A stretch of DNA of 64,000 nt from positions 23,045-87,044 of the forward strand of contig JAJZJL010000001.1 in NCBI GenBank assembly GCA_021810145.1. Direction: 5' to 3'. The notes beneath the pieces were generated by a model, which saw only the letters and a program-made list of their open reading frames with translations, had not been told where the DNA came from and made no database searches. This DNA comes from Planctomycetota bacterium (GTDB lineage Bacteria; Planctomycetota; Phycisphaerae; WQYP01). A program made the translations under genes and the position numbers. Below are positions 51,186 through 62,266 of the stretch, in pieces (position 1 is the first letter of the stretch; each line of letters opens with the position of its first letter).

Positions 51186-52055
51186 TCAGCGGCCGAAGAA
51201 ATCAACGCTCCGCGCCAAGGCCGATCGCAATTCGCTGCGCGGCACGATGCGATCGATAAATCCCTTGCTTAACAGGAATTCGGCGCGTTGGAACCCTTCC
51301 GGCAATTCCATGCGAATGGTGTTGGCTATTGTCCGTGGTCCGGCAAAGCCGATCATTGCTTTTGGCTCGGCAAAAATCAGGTCGCCAAGCATTGCAAAAC
51401 TCGCCGTTACACCGCCCGTCGTGGGATCCGCCAGCACACTGACGAATAAACCGCCATGACGATGATGCCGCGCCAGCGCCGCCGAGGTTTTCGCCATCTG
51501 CATAAGACTGATGGTACTTTCCTGCATACGCGCCCCGCCGGAACATGAAATGATCACAACCGGCAGATGCTCAGCCGTGGCACGTTCCACCGCACGCGTG
51601 ATTTTTTCCCCCACCACCGCCCCCATGGAGCCGGCCAGAAAGGTAAAATCCATGGCGGCCAGAATGATCGGACGGCCCTTGACGAAGGCTCGACCTGTTA
51701 ACAAGCCATCTTTGGAACCGGTAATTTTTTGTGCTTCCGCCAGTTGTTGACGATAGGCTTTTTTAGCTGAAAAGCGGAGTTGATCTGTGGGAGCAAGCTG
51801 AGAATCCATTTCTTCAAAGGATCCGTCATCGGCCAGCATGGCGATGCGCTGGCGCGCTGAAACACGAAAATGGTGCTTACAGCCGGGACATGTGTGAAAG
51901 TTTTCTTCCATTTCCTTGCGAAAGATCATCTGGCTGCATCCGGGGCACGCCAGCCAAAGCCCCTCTGGCACATTCACGTGCTTGCGGGCTGGAGCCAGAT
52001 TAAGAGAGTTATTGACCGGTGTTGATGTCTGTTGCGCCATAGTCATCTGTGTCAT
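51186..52055 (-). CDS. accD: Acetyl-CoA carboxylase carboxyltransferase beta subunit
   Basis: VPEGLW..CPGC..CPGC zinc finger, GSMGAVVGEKI, SGGARMQE, PTTGGVTASFA. Confidence 0.96.
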   Translation of the reverse strand: MTQMTMAQQTSTPVNNSLNLAPARKHVNVPEGLWLACPGCSQMIFRKEMEENFHTCPGCKHHFRVSARQRIAMLADDGSFEEMDSQLAPTDQLRFSAKKAYRQQLAEAQKITGSKDGLLTGRAFVKGRPIILAAMDFTFLAGSMGAVVGEKITRAVERATAEHLPVVIISCSGGARMQESTISLMQMAKTSAALARHHRHGGLFVSVLADPTTGGVTASFAMLGDLIFAEPKAMIGFAGPRTIANTIRMELPEGFQRAEFLLSKGFIDRIVPRSELRSALARSVDFFGR

Positions 52056-52416
52056 CTTGTTTTCCTTATGCCATCCATTGCCATTCAAGTATTGCCCATC
52101 CTGCGATTATTATAAATCGCCGACAATGCCCGATAACCACACACCCCGCTTCGGTGGCTTTGGTTAAGGTGCTATGATAAGACTCTCAAGGCTGCAAGGC
52201 AATACTTTTTTTTCATTCCATTAACATTGACCATGAACAGGATGCCGTATTTTTCGCTTTTTAACATATTTTTCCAGCCCAAGGCAAAAAAATCGGCTAG
52301 TTTTTTCTTTTTACGAATATTTCGATTTTATTTATCGGATGTTAGAATATCATTGAAATTTTGGCGGTTGAGCGTTGGCTTTCCTGCAATTTGAAAATTA
52401 ACGTATCCTTATACAC

Positions 52417-53895
52417 ATGACCAGTACCATTTTATCTCGGTATCGTCTCTGGATTTTCGGCACCGCGCTGATCGTGGTATTCATGCTCACTGGCCTTGGG
52501 ACCGGCATGTGGTTACTGTTCACCGGATGGGAAAACGGCAGAATTGCCCAGGCGTCGCTGCGCTCAGAACTTCTGGCCCAGTCGCTGCTGGCTCGCACGG
52601 CGCCGGCCAGAAACCGGTTTAAGGGATATTTGCTCTGGGCACGCCCCACCCTGGCTCTTATTTCCGAACATCTGAATTCATACCGGCATGTCGCCTATGT
52701 TCTGGTATGGAAGAGTAATGGAACGGTGGTGTTTCTTGCCACCAGGAATGCAGGACATTGGCAGATTGATTCCTCCTTTCTCGGCCATACACTTGACCCC
52801 ACGCACTGGCCGAGTCCGGTCAGTACCGGCCTGACCCTGCGAACCATTGACCAGGCACCGTGGCAAACGTATGCACGTAGTTACATTGATACACAAATGC
52901 CGTTGAACTGGCCCGGAACACAGGCCATTTTGAGTGTCGGCTATCGTGCCGCAACATTTAATGCCGGTTTCTTTCATGATCTGCATCATGCTATTTTCAT
53001 CCTGGCGCTGGGAAACCTGCTGACCGGGCTGACGCTGGCTATTCTGGCACTGTGGATCAAACAGCGATTTGATAAAAGCCGTGAACAATATGCCAGAACA
53101 CTTCTGGCCCGCACCAGTCTGCTTAGCGAACGCGGCATGCTGGCTTCGGTGCTGGCCCATGAAGTGCGATCTCCGCTGACGGCGTTGCGATTTAATCTTC
53201 ACTTCATGCACAGTTTATTGGATTGTCCGAACAGCGATCCCGCACGCCATGCGGAACTTCTTCATTCGTGCGAACGCGAAGTGCGCAGGCTGGATCTCAT
53301 GCTGGATGACTTTCTTACCCGTACGCAGATTGTCGGTCAGTCGCGCGAAAGTTCACTCAACACCGTCGTGACCGAAGCACTGGACTTCCTGAAGCCCGCG
53401 CTGGCCAATCAGGATATTCGTGTTATTACACACCTGGACCCCACGGATCCGCATGTATCAATCAGCTCTGATGAATTGCGACAGGTGCTGCTGAACTTGT
53501 GTACCAACGCCCAGGAAGCCATGCCAAGATCAGGTTCGCTGGTCATTTCGACTCTTGCCGAACCGGAAAATGCCGTATTGCTCGTGCGTGACAGCGGCAA
53601 AGGCATCGCACCGGATGTTCAGGAACGGTTATTCGATCCCTTTTTCACCACGAAACCGCGCGGAAGCGGATTGGGGCTGGCTCTGGTGCGGCGCGTGGTG
53701 ACAGGAGCCGGGGGCGGTGTGTTCTTTGAAAGTCAGTTGCAACACGGAACAACTTTTCGCATTGTTCTGCCCCGCGCCATGGCTACAACGGCTCAGGCCG
53801 GCAGCGGTACGGATAACTTCAGTGAAATGACAGCCTTGCACGCCACGCTCAACGCGCCAGTGCTGGAATCACCACATTCAGATAAGGGGTCTTAA
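52417..53895 (+). CDS. Membrane sensor histidine kinase
   Basis: Two TMs, LAHEVRSPL H-box, NL..NA, DSGKG, FDPFFTTK..GSGLGL. Confidence 0.93.
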   Translation: MTSTILSRYRLWIFGTALIVVFMLTGLGTGMWLLFTGWENGRIAQASLRSELLAQSLLARTAPARNRFKGYLLWARPTLALISEHLNSYRHVAYVLVWKSNGTVVFLATRNAGHWQIDSSFLGHTLDPTHWPSPVSTGLTLRTIDQAPWQTYARSYIDTQMPLNWPGTQAILSVGYRAATFNAGFFHDLHHAIFILALGNLLTGLTLAILALWIKQRFDKSREQYARTLLARTSLLSERGMLASVLAHEVRSPLTALRFNLHFMHSLLDCPNSDPARHAELLHSCEREVRRLDLMLDDFLTRTQIVGQSRESSLNTVVTEALDFLKPALANQDIRVITHLDPTDPHVSISSDELRQVLLNLCTNAQEAMPRSGSLVISTLAEPENAVLLVRDSGKGIAPDVQERLFDPFFTTKPRGSGLGLALVRRVVTGAGGGVFFESQLQHGTTFRIVLPRAMATTAQAGSGTDNFSEMTALHATLNAPVLESPHSDKGS

Positions 53896-53896
53896 G

Positions 53897-55249
53897 ATGA
53901 TGGAAAACCCTCCCCGTCAACGGGGCAGGATATTACTGGCGGAGGATGATCAAAGTGTATTGGACGCTTTGACCATGGTGCTCAAGCACGCCGGTTATGA
54001 AGTGCTCCCGGCCCGCACGGGCCGGGAGGCTCTGCGCATGTTAGGCGCAGATATTCAGCTGTTAATATCTGATTTATGGATGCCGCAGATGGATGGCCTG
54101 GCTCTGCTGGACGAAGCCCGCCGCACCGTACCGGCCTTGCAGACAGTCATCATTACCGGCAATGCCACCGTACCCAGCGCCGTGCGGGCCATGAAACTTG
54201 GGGCCTTTGATTATCTCACCAAGCCTTTTACCCCGCCGGACCTGCTTGACGTGGTGGAGCGGGCCATGGAACAGGGACGGCTGAACAAAGACTTAAACGC
54301 ACTGGCGGCGGAAATCAGTGATACGCAAATCGAAACCCTCATCGGACGTTCTCCAGCCATGCTGGACGTTGCGCAGTGCATACGCCGTGTTGCCCCCTTT
54401 AAAAGCACCGTGCTGGTGGAAGGCGAAAGCGGCACCGGCAAGGAACTCGTTGTGCGCGCCATTCACCGGCTAAGCACGCGAAAAGATAAGCCTTTCATCG
54501 CTTTCAACTGTGCCGCCGTGCCGGCCAATCTGGTTGAAAGCGAGCTGTTTGGCCATGAACGTGGTGCTTTTACCGGAGCCGATGCGAGAACGGCCGGGTA
54601 TTTTGAAGCGGCCAACGGTGGAACGCTTTTTATTGATGAAGTCGGCGAACTTGAGCTTTCCATTCAAGCCAAGCTCCTGCGAGCCTTGGAATCCGGTTAT
54701 GTCATGCCGGTAGGATCCACGCGGGAAAAGGCGGTGGATGTGCGCGTGCTGGCCGCGACAAACAGCAATCTGGCCAAAGCGGTTGAGGAAAAGCGGTTTC
54801 GCGCAGATTTATTTTATCGCCTGAATGTGGTCCGCATTGAATTACCTCCGTTGCGAAAACGCCCGGAAGATATCGCATTGCTTACCACCTCCCTGGTACA
54901 CCGCCTGGCCCATGAACATCACCTGCCGGAGCCAACCGTTACGCCATCAATGATTGCAACCATGCAGCGTTACGACTGGCCCGGCAATGTACGTGAACTG
55001 CGCAACGCTCTGGAAAGTATTCTTGTATTGCAACAGAAACATATATTGACCGAAGCCGATTTGCCGCAGCATATCCGTAATCCCAATGCTCAGAACCGCA
55101 ACACCGGTCTGGATCTGGATCGCGCCGAACGTGACGCCATTGAAACGGCATTGCGCCAGCATCACAATGATCGTACGGCTACAGCAAACGCCCTTCGCAT
55201 CAGCGTGCGCACGCTGTACCGGAAGATGTCACGTTACGGTTTAACCTGA
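53897..55249 (+). CDS. Sigma54-dependent NtrC/AtoC-family response regulator
   Basis: Receiver domain (EDD, DLWMP), [22 protein letters not shown], Fis HTH. Confidence 0.95.
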   Translation: MMENPPRQRGRILLAEDDQSVLDALTMVLKHAGYEVLPARTGREALRMLGADIQLLISDLWMPQMDGLALLDEARRTVPALQTVIITGNATVPSAVRAMKLGAFDYLTKPFTPPDLLDVVERAMEQGRLNKDLNALAAEISDTQIETLIGRSPAMLDVAQCIRRVAPFKSTVLVEGESGTGKELVVRAIHRLSTRKDKPFIAFNCAAVPANLVESELFGHERGAFTGADARTAGYFEAANGGTLFIDEVGELELSIQAKLLRALESGYVMPVGSTREKAVDVRVLAATNSNLAKAVEEKRFRADLFYRLNVVRIELPPLRKRPEDIALLTTSLVHRLAHEHHLPEPTVTPSMIATMQRYDWPGNVRELRNALESILVLQQKHILTEADLPQHIRNPNAQNRNTGLDLDRAERDAIETALRQHHNDRTATANALRISVRTLYRKMSRYGLT

Positions 55250-55328
55250 TACGATATTCATATATCCGACATAATCGTTATGATAAGTGTGCCGGAAAGT
55301 TGATGAATTACCTTTAAAAAGGAAAATC

Positions 55329-55913
55329 ATGAGTCGAGACAAAGCATCCAAACGCCATAAGCGCCGGGCAACCGCCGCTGCCAGTCCGGTTGCCGCGCCG
55401 CGTCCCGATCCAGAATCACTGGAAATTGTGCTTTGGCCGGATCCGGTTTTAACGCGTCGGGCGGGGGATGTGGAAAAAATTGATTCGTGGCTGCTGCAGG
55501 TTATCGAACGCATGAAACAACTCATGGAAAGCCACGAAGGCGTGGGGTTGGCGGCACCGCAGGTTGGTTTGCCCCTGAGGCTTTTCGTCATGGCGGAAAA
55601 AGCCAAGGCGGATCAAGCCATCGCGGTCATTAATCCCGTTCTGGAATTGGGATCCGAAACGCTGGAAGCTGAAGAGGGATGCCTGTCCCTGCCGGGCATA
55701 CGCGGGCAGGTCATACGGGCTAAAAGCGTCACCCTGACTGGTTACGATGTAAAAGGCGGTCCGGTTTCCATGCCCCTGGAAGATTTTCCGGCGCGCATCG
55801 CACAGCATGAAAATGACCATCTGGATGGCGTATTAATTATTGCGCGAATGTCTCCCTCCGCCCGAATCGCACTTGGCAAAAAGCTGCGCGACCTGGAGGC
55901 CCGGGCCGGGTGA
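55329..55913 (+). CDS. def: Peptide deformylase
   Basis: GVGLAAPQVG, EGCLSLP, QHENDHLDG. Confidence 0.96.
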   Translation: MSRDKASKRHKRRATAAASPVAAPRPDPESLEIVLWPDPVLTRRAGDVEKIDSWLLQVIERMKQLMESHEGVGLAAPQVGLPLRLFVMAEKAKADQAIAVINPVLELGSETLEAEEGCLSLPGIRGQVIRAKSVTLTGYDVKGGPVSMPLEDFPARIAQHENDHLDGVLIIARMSPSARIALGKKLRDLEARAG

Positions 55914-55997
55914 ACAATCGGTCATATCCAGTCTGGTAAATTTGCTTGCACCAAAAACAACGCCTGCGGCACACCGGATTCCGCTTCTGATACAAAT

Positions 55998-58900
55998 TTA
56001 ATGCGGCGCGTGAACACCGCGAATCATCGTCTGCAATTCCCGATAATCAATTTTACCGGTGCCTAAAACCGGCAATTTTTCCATTCGCAAAATGCTGCGG
56101 ATATGGTGCAACCCGGAAAGGCCCGCATTCCGAATGGCCGCATTGACTTCGGAGCGATCCAGATTGTGTGTGGTTACCAGCAGGAGTTCAGGCGTGTCCG
56201 TTTCCATTGCCGCAATGACAGCCAACGCCGGGCCGGTGTCCGCCGACGATGGAAATTGTCGCTCCAGAACTTCTTCAATTGCCGGAAGAGAAATCATTTC
56301 TCCACCCAATTTAATAAAGCGCTTCAGCCGTCCAACAAAGGTCAGCACACCGTCCGCATCGGCCTTGACCAGATCGCCGGTACGATACCAGGTTTCACCG
56401 GACCATTGCACGAATGGTGAGGTGGTCTGATCACCCAGATAGCCCTTAAAAATACTCGCTCCGCGCACCAGCAGCATCCCCGGTTGGCCCGGGACGCAGC
56501 GTTGCTGTGATTCTTCGTCAATAATGGCCCAGTGAATGGAAGGCAACGGCGTACCAATGCTGCCGGGACGAATCGCGTCTTCCCTCGCCACGGACACAAA
56601 GGGAGAACATTCCGTAATTCCATAACCTTCCAGAATGGACGCCCGCGGACATGCCTTTTTGAGAGAATCGTACACACTCTGCGGACACTTTTCCGCACCC
56701 GTTACGCAAATCCGCACGGATGCCAGAGAATCCTTACCGCTGGCCCGGACAATATTGGAAAGAAATGTCGGCGTGCCCAGTAGAATCGAAGCACGATAAT
56801 TTTCAATCGTGCGCACCAATGCCGTGACCTCATTGGGATTTGGGTAATGAACCACTTTGGCACCCGATAGAATCGGCAGGAGCATCGCCGCGTTCAACCC
56901 AAAGGAATGAAATGGCGGCAACATTCCCAGAAAGCGATCATCCTGCCGAATGTGAAAACTCGCCAGGGCGTCCCGCATGTTGGTTAACAGATTTTCGTGG
57001 CTAAGCGGAACCGCCTTGGGCAGTGATTCCGATCCGCTGGTAAATAAAATCACGGCGGCTTCGCCGGATACCACCTGATCCAATGAACGCCAATACAGTC
57101 GTCCTTTGAGCGCCGCAACAACTTTCGTCCATTTTCCTATTGCGCCGGCCAGTTTTTCCAGCGGCACCATTCGATCGTTTAACGCTGAGAGATCAATACC
57201 CTGCACCTCCAGACGGCTTAAAAGGGCCTGCGCCGTCAGCACCCTGCTGACGGCGGTCATTTCCAGACCATGCTGAATGTTGCGAAGCCCCGTGGTCCAA
57301 TTCACCATCACAGGCGTTTTGCCGGAAAACAGCACCGCCAGAAATACGGTGTCCGCCGCCACCGAAGCCGGCAGCATGATGCCCACGCGTTCGTCCGGGA
57401 TTTTCTTTATTTCCTCGCGCAAGGCGAAGATCGAGGTAATCAATTCACGATAACTCCGGCTGCCCCGCTGAGTATCAGCCACCACAACCTGATCCGGATG
57501 CAATCGAGCCTGCTTCAGAAATACTTCCTGAATGGTGTTGCCTTCCGCCAATTGCACGCGTGCCGATCCAGTGTTGGCCAGCCAACGCCGTTCAGGCGGA
57601 GGTACGCGCGGATCTTTCGTTCCGGCGGCAAGCTTACCACACGCCGCCAGCATCACATCACCAACTGTTTCCAGCGATTCCACCGCCCCCACCGTTACGC
57701 CAAATTCCCTCTCCAGCCACGCAATTAAATCCATAATCGCCAGACTGTCCAATCCTAAATCCCGAGCCAGTTGTTGATCCGCGGTGATCGGGTTAATGCC
57801 CGTCAATGCACCCAGATACCGGCAGACAATTTGTTCGGTCGCCGGAGCAATGGCTTCCGAATGCGAGCGCACCATTTTGGGCGATGCGGGAATATCCCGC
57901 TCCCCGGAGCGGTCCCAAACGCTATAGGGAACATATCGTGCCGCCGGCGCTTCCTGATTATAAAAGCATTCCATATACCGGTTCATTTCCGCCCGGTCTC
58001 CGCTGCGCGGAAAATCTTTTGGCTCGGTCAACGTAATATTAACCTGTCTCCTGGGAGCAAAAAATATCCCACTGGCCAGTAAATCCGGCAAATGGGCTTT
58101 AAATGCCCGGCCCAGCCGGGGGGCCATACCCGCGCCCCATCCAAAACTGCTGCCCCATAAACCTGTTGTCCGCACCAATACCACGCGTACTTCCGGCAAC
58201 CGGGCTAAAATGCGTTTCACCGCACTGGCACTGCCCAAATCAGTCGTCTGCTCCCGCATTAATCGCCCGGCAGGATACAGCAGTACATTATCGCCCTGCC
58301 GCAAGGCCTCTACGCAACGATCAATGGCGCGCTGCACACGATCCGTCTTTCCCGCTTCGATACCGGACATTTCCGGTATTGGCAGAACGCCAACGGTGCC
58401 GGCCAATGTTCTGACCAGCGGATGGCGAATCTGATCTTCCGCGGTTAACGGGCGTACCGCAAAGCTTTCGTGCAGATGGGCCACCATAATGACCGGATCA
58501 ATCAATGCCGGATGATTCGGCAGAAAAAGAATCCCAACCCGGCCTTTTTCTTTAATCTCCGCCGCACCATTCACAGTCACACGATATCGCAGGCGCAGCA
58601 CCAACCGTGCAACGCGGCACAATAGCCGTCCCACCCATTTTGTTGACCCGCCGGAATTTCCGCCGGCCGTTCGCGCAAAGGCAATCGCGGTCATCGCCGT
58701 CGCGACAATTGTCAGCACCCCGCAGGCAAGAAACACTTGCGTTGGTATCAGCAGTTTTTGCAACGGTATATACAACATACTTCCCATGAGAATACCAGCA
58801 AACGAAGCAAACCACGCCGCGGCGATCACCCGCCCCCGAACCTCCGCTGTGGGTCGCACCTGGAACAAACTCTCCAGCGGCACCATGATAAACCCACCAG

Positions 58901-59951
58901 CGATACCTGATCCACCCAACATAAGCAATACATAAAAAAGCTTCACTCCATGCGGTAATAGCGGCGAGCCTCCGATGAAACAGAGAAATAGAGCCAACGC
59001 CCCCATGGCCGGCGCGACCGCCCGATGGCCGTTATCTTTGGAGATAAATTTTCCAGCCGCCAGACTTCCGATCACAATTCCCAGCAACTCCGCCAGCGCC
59101 AGATAACTCGTGCTCGCATCGTTCAGCCCGAACTGCACCAATCCCATCTTATTAATGACCAGAATCTGTAACGCCGCGACAAACCAGAAATACGTATTGG
59201 CCCCTATCGCTGTTATGAATAAACCATCCTGCCGCAAATGCCATAAATCTCTGATGGAGTTCATCGGGCCTCCCCATGGAAATCTGGCTGAGGGATTAGC
59301 CGCCGGGCGACTCGGTACCGCGAAGCTGATCAGCAAACCAAGCACAGACACGCCCACCAGGGATGCGGCCACCAGCACGCGCCCGAAGGCGAAATCCGCC
59401 AGGTGCCCGCGCTGCGTCAAGGCGACGCCGGCCAACACCACGCCCAGCAGAATCGCCGCGGTGGTGGCGGATTTCAATCGCGCGTTAGCCTTGATGACAT
59501 ACCAGTCCGGATACACATCCGGAATCGATCCAACCAACGCCGGACCAAATATGGTGGCCTGAAGAGCCATGAGAAAAATAACCGCCATGATCACTGACCA
59601 GTTCAATGTCAGCACGCCAAGTGCCGCGGCGGTCAGCAGCACCAATTCCAGCATTTTGGATCCGATGACCACATGCTTGCGGGAAAAGCGATCGGCCATC
59701 CAACCGGCCGGTGCGGAGAATAACAGGAAGGGTATTGTGAAAAATGTGGCAATCCAGCCCTGCAAATGCGCCAGGCCATGTGAAACAGCCAGCAGGCTTA
59801 CCGCCTGCTTCATGAAATTGTCGTTGAAGTTGCCCAGAGAATACGCAGTGGCCATGGCAATGAAACGTGATCGCCCTTTACGAATCTGCCGCCTGTCGCC
59901 ATCGGTTACAGGTAATAACCCGGTACATTCCGCATCCGCAAGTGTCATCAT
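55998..59951 (-). CDS. Aas-like fusion: LplT-type MFS, PlsC acyltransferase, ACP-like domain and AMP-binding acyl-ACP synthetase
   Basis: FNDN..K and GWMADRFSRK (MFS); NHPALID and YPAG (PlsC); DLGLDSL (carrier Ser); FTSGSESLPKAV, EGYGITE, WYRTGD (adenylation). Confidence 0.9.
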   Translation of the reverse strand: MMTLADAECTGLLPVTDGDRRQIRKGRSRFIAMATAYSLGNFNDNFMKQAVSLLAVSHGLAHLQGWIATFFTIPFLLFSAPAGWMADRFSRKHVVIGSKMLELVLLTAAALGVLTLNWSVIMAVIFLMALQATIFGPALVGSIPDVYPDWYVIKANARLKSATTAAILLGVVLAGVALTQRGHLADFAFGRVLVAASLVGVSVLGLLISFAVPSRPAANPSARFPWGGPMNSIRDLWHLRQDGLFITAIGANTYFWFVAALQILVINKMGLVQFGLNDASTSYLALAELLGIVIGSLAAGKFISKDNGHRAVAPAMGALALFLCFIGGSPLLPHGVKLFYVLLMLGGSGIAGGFIMVPLESLFQVRPTAEVRGRVIAAAWFASFAGILMGSMLYIPLQKLLIPTQVFLACGVLTIVATAMTAIAFARTAGGNSGGSTKWVGRLLCRVARLVLRLRYRVTVNGAAEIKEKGRVGILFLPNHPALIDPVIMVAHLHESFAVRPLTAEDQIRHPLVRTLAGTVGVLPIPEMSGIEAGKTDRVQRAIDRCVEALRQGDNVLLYPAGRLMREQTTDLGSASAVKRILARLPEVRVVLVRTTGLWGSSFGWGAGMAPRLGRAFKAHLPDLLASGIFFAPRRQVNITLTEPKDFPRSGDRAEMNRYMECFYNQEAPAARYVPYSVWDRSGERDIPASPKMVRSHSEAIAPATEQIVCRYLGALTGINPITADQQLARDLGLDSLAIMDLIAWLEREFGVTVGAVESLETVGDVMLAACGKLAAGTKDPRVPPPERRWLANTGSARVQLAEGNTIQEVFLKQARLHPDQVVVADTQRGSRSYRELITSIFALREEIKKIPDERVGIMLPASVAADTVFLAVLFSGKTPVMVNWTTGLRNIQHGLEMTAVSRVLTAQALLSRLEVQGIDLSALNDRMVPLEKLAGAIGKWTKVVAALKGRLYWRSLDQVVSGEAAVILFTSGSESLPKAVPLSHENLLTNMRDALASFHIRQDDRFLGMLPPFHSFGLNAAMLLPILSGAKVVHYPNPNEVTALVRTIENYRASILLGTPTFLSNIVRASGKDSLASVRICVTGAEKCPQSVYDSLKKACPRASILEGYGITECSPFVSVAREDAIRPGSIGTPLPSIHWAIIDEESQQRCVPGQPGMLLVRGASIFKGYLGDQTTSPFVQWSGETWYRTGDLVKADADGVLTFVGRLKRFIKLGGEMISLPAIEEVLERQFPSSADTGPALAVIAAMETDTPELLLVTTHNLDRSEVNAAIRNAGLSGLHHIRSILRMEKLPVLGTGKIDYRELQTMIRGVHAPH

Positions 59952-60298
59952 CGAACCTCGACATACCGCAGGCCACTATCAGCCCGCAATATACGGAGTC
60001 TCACAAACGGCATGCCACCTTGGTGAATCTCTCTAACCAATTGAAAGATAAGTAGTTAGAATTTATTCTCCATAAGGCCGTTGAATCTGAACATACAATT
60101 TATGTGCGCATGATGTACATTTAATGATCTCCGGATACATTTCATCCCTGCTCGGATTCTTGCCTTTCGGCCAGACTGCTTAGCGAATTCCGAATATGTC
60201 CGATGCCAGTTACATTGACCTCTTGTGCGGCTATGGCAGTTGTGACGATCTAAAAGCAGTTGTATGAAACCACTGAACGTGTACAGCATATTGAAAGA

Positions 60299-60661
60299 CT
60301 AAGAGGCAATAACCTTTTGAGCACGTCCCAGTGAGCCGATATTAAACACGCTGGTGTATCCCATCTGTTTAAGGACTCTGCATGCCACGGCACTTCGCGC
60401 CCCGCTTTGACAATGCAGCAGCAAAACCCTTCTTTTGTCCGGTAAATAGCTTGGAGCACTGCTATGCAGGACATCCAGCGGGATATTCATCGCCCTTGGA
60501 AGATGATGGGCCTTGAATTCCGCCGTGCTGCGTACATCCACCAGCAAAGCCCCGCTTTGCAGATGCGCTCTGGCCTTTTGCAGGGAAATAAGCCCGATGC
60601 GCTTAAGCACCAGCAACACCACGACAACCGCGATAACCGATAAAATCAATTGCCAGTTCAT
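60299..60661 (-). CDS. Membrane-anchored rhodanese-like domain protein
   Basis: LVDVRSTAEF..HLP.AMNIPL, HCQSGARS; start reset to ATG 60661. Confidence 0.88.
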   Translation of the reverse strand: MNWQLILSVIAVVVVLLVLKRIGLISLQKARAHLQSGALLVDVRSTAEFKAHHLPRAMNIPLDVLHSSAPSYLPDKRRVLLLHCQSGARSAVACRVLKQMGYTSVFNIGSLGRAQKVIAS

Positions 60662-60690
60662 GCCACTATTGTCATCAGGAACCATCCAAT

Positions 60691-60955
60691 TGCAAATCCC
60701 CGCCCGCCGCGCGGAAATCGGCCGCCGGGGTGGAGGCCGCCACCCTGATCCCGTGACGTTGACGCACAATCCTCCGAAACCTCTGCATATCGGTTTGGCC
60801 GCAAAAAAAACAATTTTTCTCACTCTGCATTGTCAAGCCGGATTCCATGCAGCAGCTTTGTAAAATCCGGTGCGGCAATTGCCTGAGATGCCCCGCAAGG
60901 ACGCGAACAGGCAATTGCCGGAAGATGCCGATTTCCCGAATTGCGGGGATTTGCA
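60691..60955. repeat. Long direct repeat copy 1, bounded by 13-bp inverted repeats
   Basis: 60723-60878 equals 63195-63349 apart from 1 substitution and a 1-nt indel; TGCAAATCCCCGC at 60691-60703 is inverted at 60943-60955. Confidence 0.9.
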
Positions 60956-61212
60956 CTTACATTCATTTTCATGCGTATCTGGATACACCATGGACAAGAA
61001 CGGCATAAACCCCGAAAATCCGCGAAATTTGGCATTCTCGAAATCACCCGATTCCGCAGCGGTTGAGTTGGAGGCAAACTGGCCTTGGTCGCCGAGTTTT
61101 GGCCCCGCACTTCCGGAGTATATGACATTGGCAGTCGTGACGATGGCCAAAGGCGGCAGAAAGTGTAAGTATTTTTGTTACTGTTTCGCTTAAAGCTTGG
61201 TCCGGGTCTGTG

Positions 61213-61258
61213 ACGATAACATTTGAAATGCACGATAACATTTGCTATGTTATCGTGC
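61213..61258 (+). promoter_or_regulatory. Putative autoregulatory operator of the AbiE-like operon
   Basis: GCACGATAACAT-5-ATGTTATCGTGC perfect inverted repeat plus a direct half-site ACGATAACATTTG at 61213. Confidence 0.7.
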
Positions 61259-61282
61259 GTATCTAATGATGCGGAGCCAGAA

Positions 61283-62266
61283 GTGCCCAAAGAACTCCAC
61301 CAACTTGAACGCTACCTGCATGACACGCTTGGTGTGGCCGTGACCACCACGCCATGGCGGGGCGGGGAACGCCTGCCGCATTTCCTCAAGGAACTGTACC
61401 GCTTTGCTGAAATCGATTTGCTGGGAATGCACGGCCTGCTCGCAGTCGATAGCAACCCCTCCGAACAATCCCCCGCCGTCGTGAGGGCGCACATGTATCT
61501 GCTGCGGACGAAGCAGGACGCGGAGGTAATCTATGTTCGCGCCCAGGTAACGGCCTACAACCGCAAGCGGCTGATTGAGCACAAAGTGCCCTTCATCGTG
61601 CCGGGCAATCAGATGTACCTGCCCATGCTGGCGATTGATTTGCGCGAACATTACCGCAGGCTCCGGTCGGAACCGCTGACGTTCAGTCCCGCGACGCAGG
61701 CCGTGGTTATTCACGCGCTGCTCCGGGGAGGCGAGCAAATCCTCATACCGATGGAGACTGCGCAACGGCTGGCATACTCGGCGATGACGATGACCCGCGC
61801 CTTTGACGAGTTGGAGGATGCCGGTCTGGGTGAAGTTGCGACCCGCGGCCGGAAGCGTTGTTTACATTTCCCTGGAAGCAAACAAGACATCTGGACCAGG
61901 GCGCAGCCGTTCCTGCGCAGCCCCGTGAACACGCGATTGTTCATCCGGCACGCCGAAGCCGGTACTGACGGCATCCGCGCCGGACTCACGGCGTTAGCCG
62001 AATACTCCATGCTTGCCCCGCCGGTATACGGTACCTACGCCTTGAGCCGTGAGGATTGGAAATCGCTGCGTCAGCGCCTTAAGCCCATTGAAGTGCCACC
62101 ACAAGATCCGGATGCCCACGAGATCGAGGTGTGGTGCTATCCACCAACCCTCTTCGCCGAGCGTGGCATCGTTGATCCGTTGTCGCTGTACCTTTCACTG
62201 AAAGCTGACACCGACGAACGCACGCAGGCGGCTTTGGAAGAAATGATGAGGAAACTCGGTTGGTAA
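61283..62266 (+). CDS. AbiEi-like antitoxin / transcriptional regulator with central winged HTH
   Basis: RKRLIEHKVPFIVPGNQMYLP, AQRLAYSAMTMTRAFDELE (wHTH), AGLTALAEYSML, VDPLSLYLSL; coupled to a nucleotidyltransferase gene. Confidence 0.7.
   Translation: MPKELHQLERYLHDTLGVAVTTTPWRGGERLPHFLKELYRFAEIDLLGMHGLLAVDSNPSEQSPAVVRAHMYLLRTKQDAEVIYVRAQVTAYNRKRLIEHKVPFIVPGNQMYLPMLAIDLREHYRRLRSEPLTFSPATQAVVIHALLRGGEQILIPMETAQRLAYSAMTMTRAFDELEDAGLGEVATRGRKRCLHFPGSKQDIWTRAQPFLRSPVNTRLFIRHAEAGTDGIRAGLTALAEYSMLAPPVYGTYALSREDWKSLRQRLKPIEVPPQDPDAHEIEVWCYPPTLFAERGIVDPLSLYLSLKADTDERTQAALEEMMRKLGW

Noticed and set aside
60662..60823. N-terminal extension of the rhodanese ORF that reappears in the 63149-63427 ORF
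   Set aside because: The shared peptide is just translation of the non-coding direct repeat
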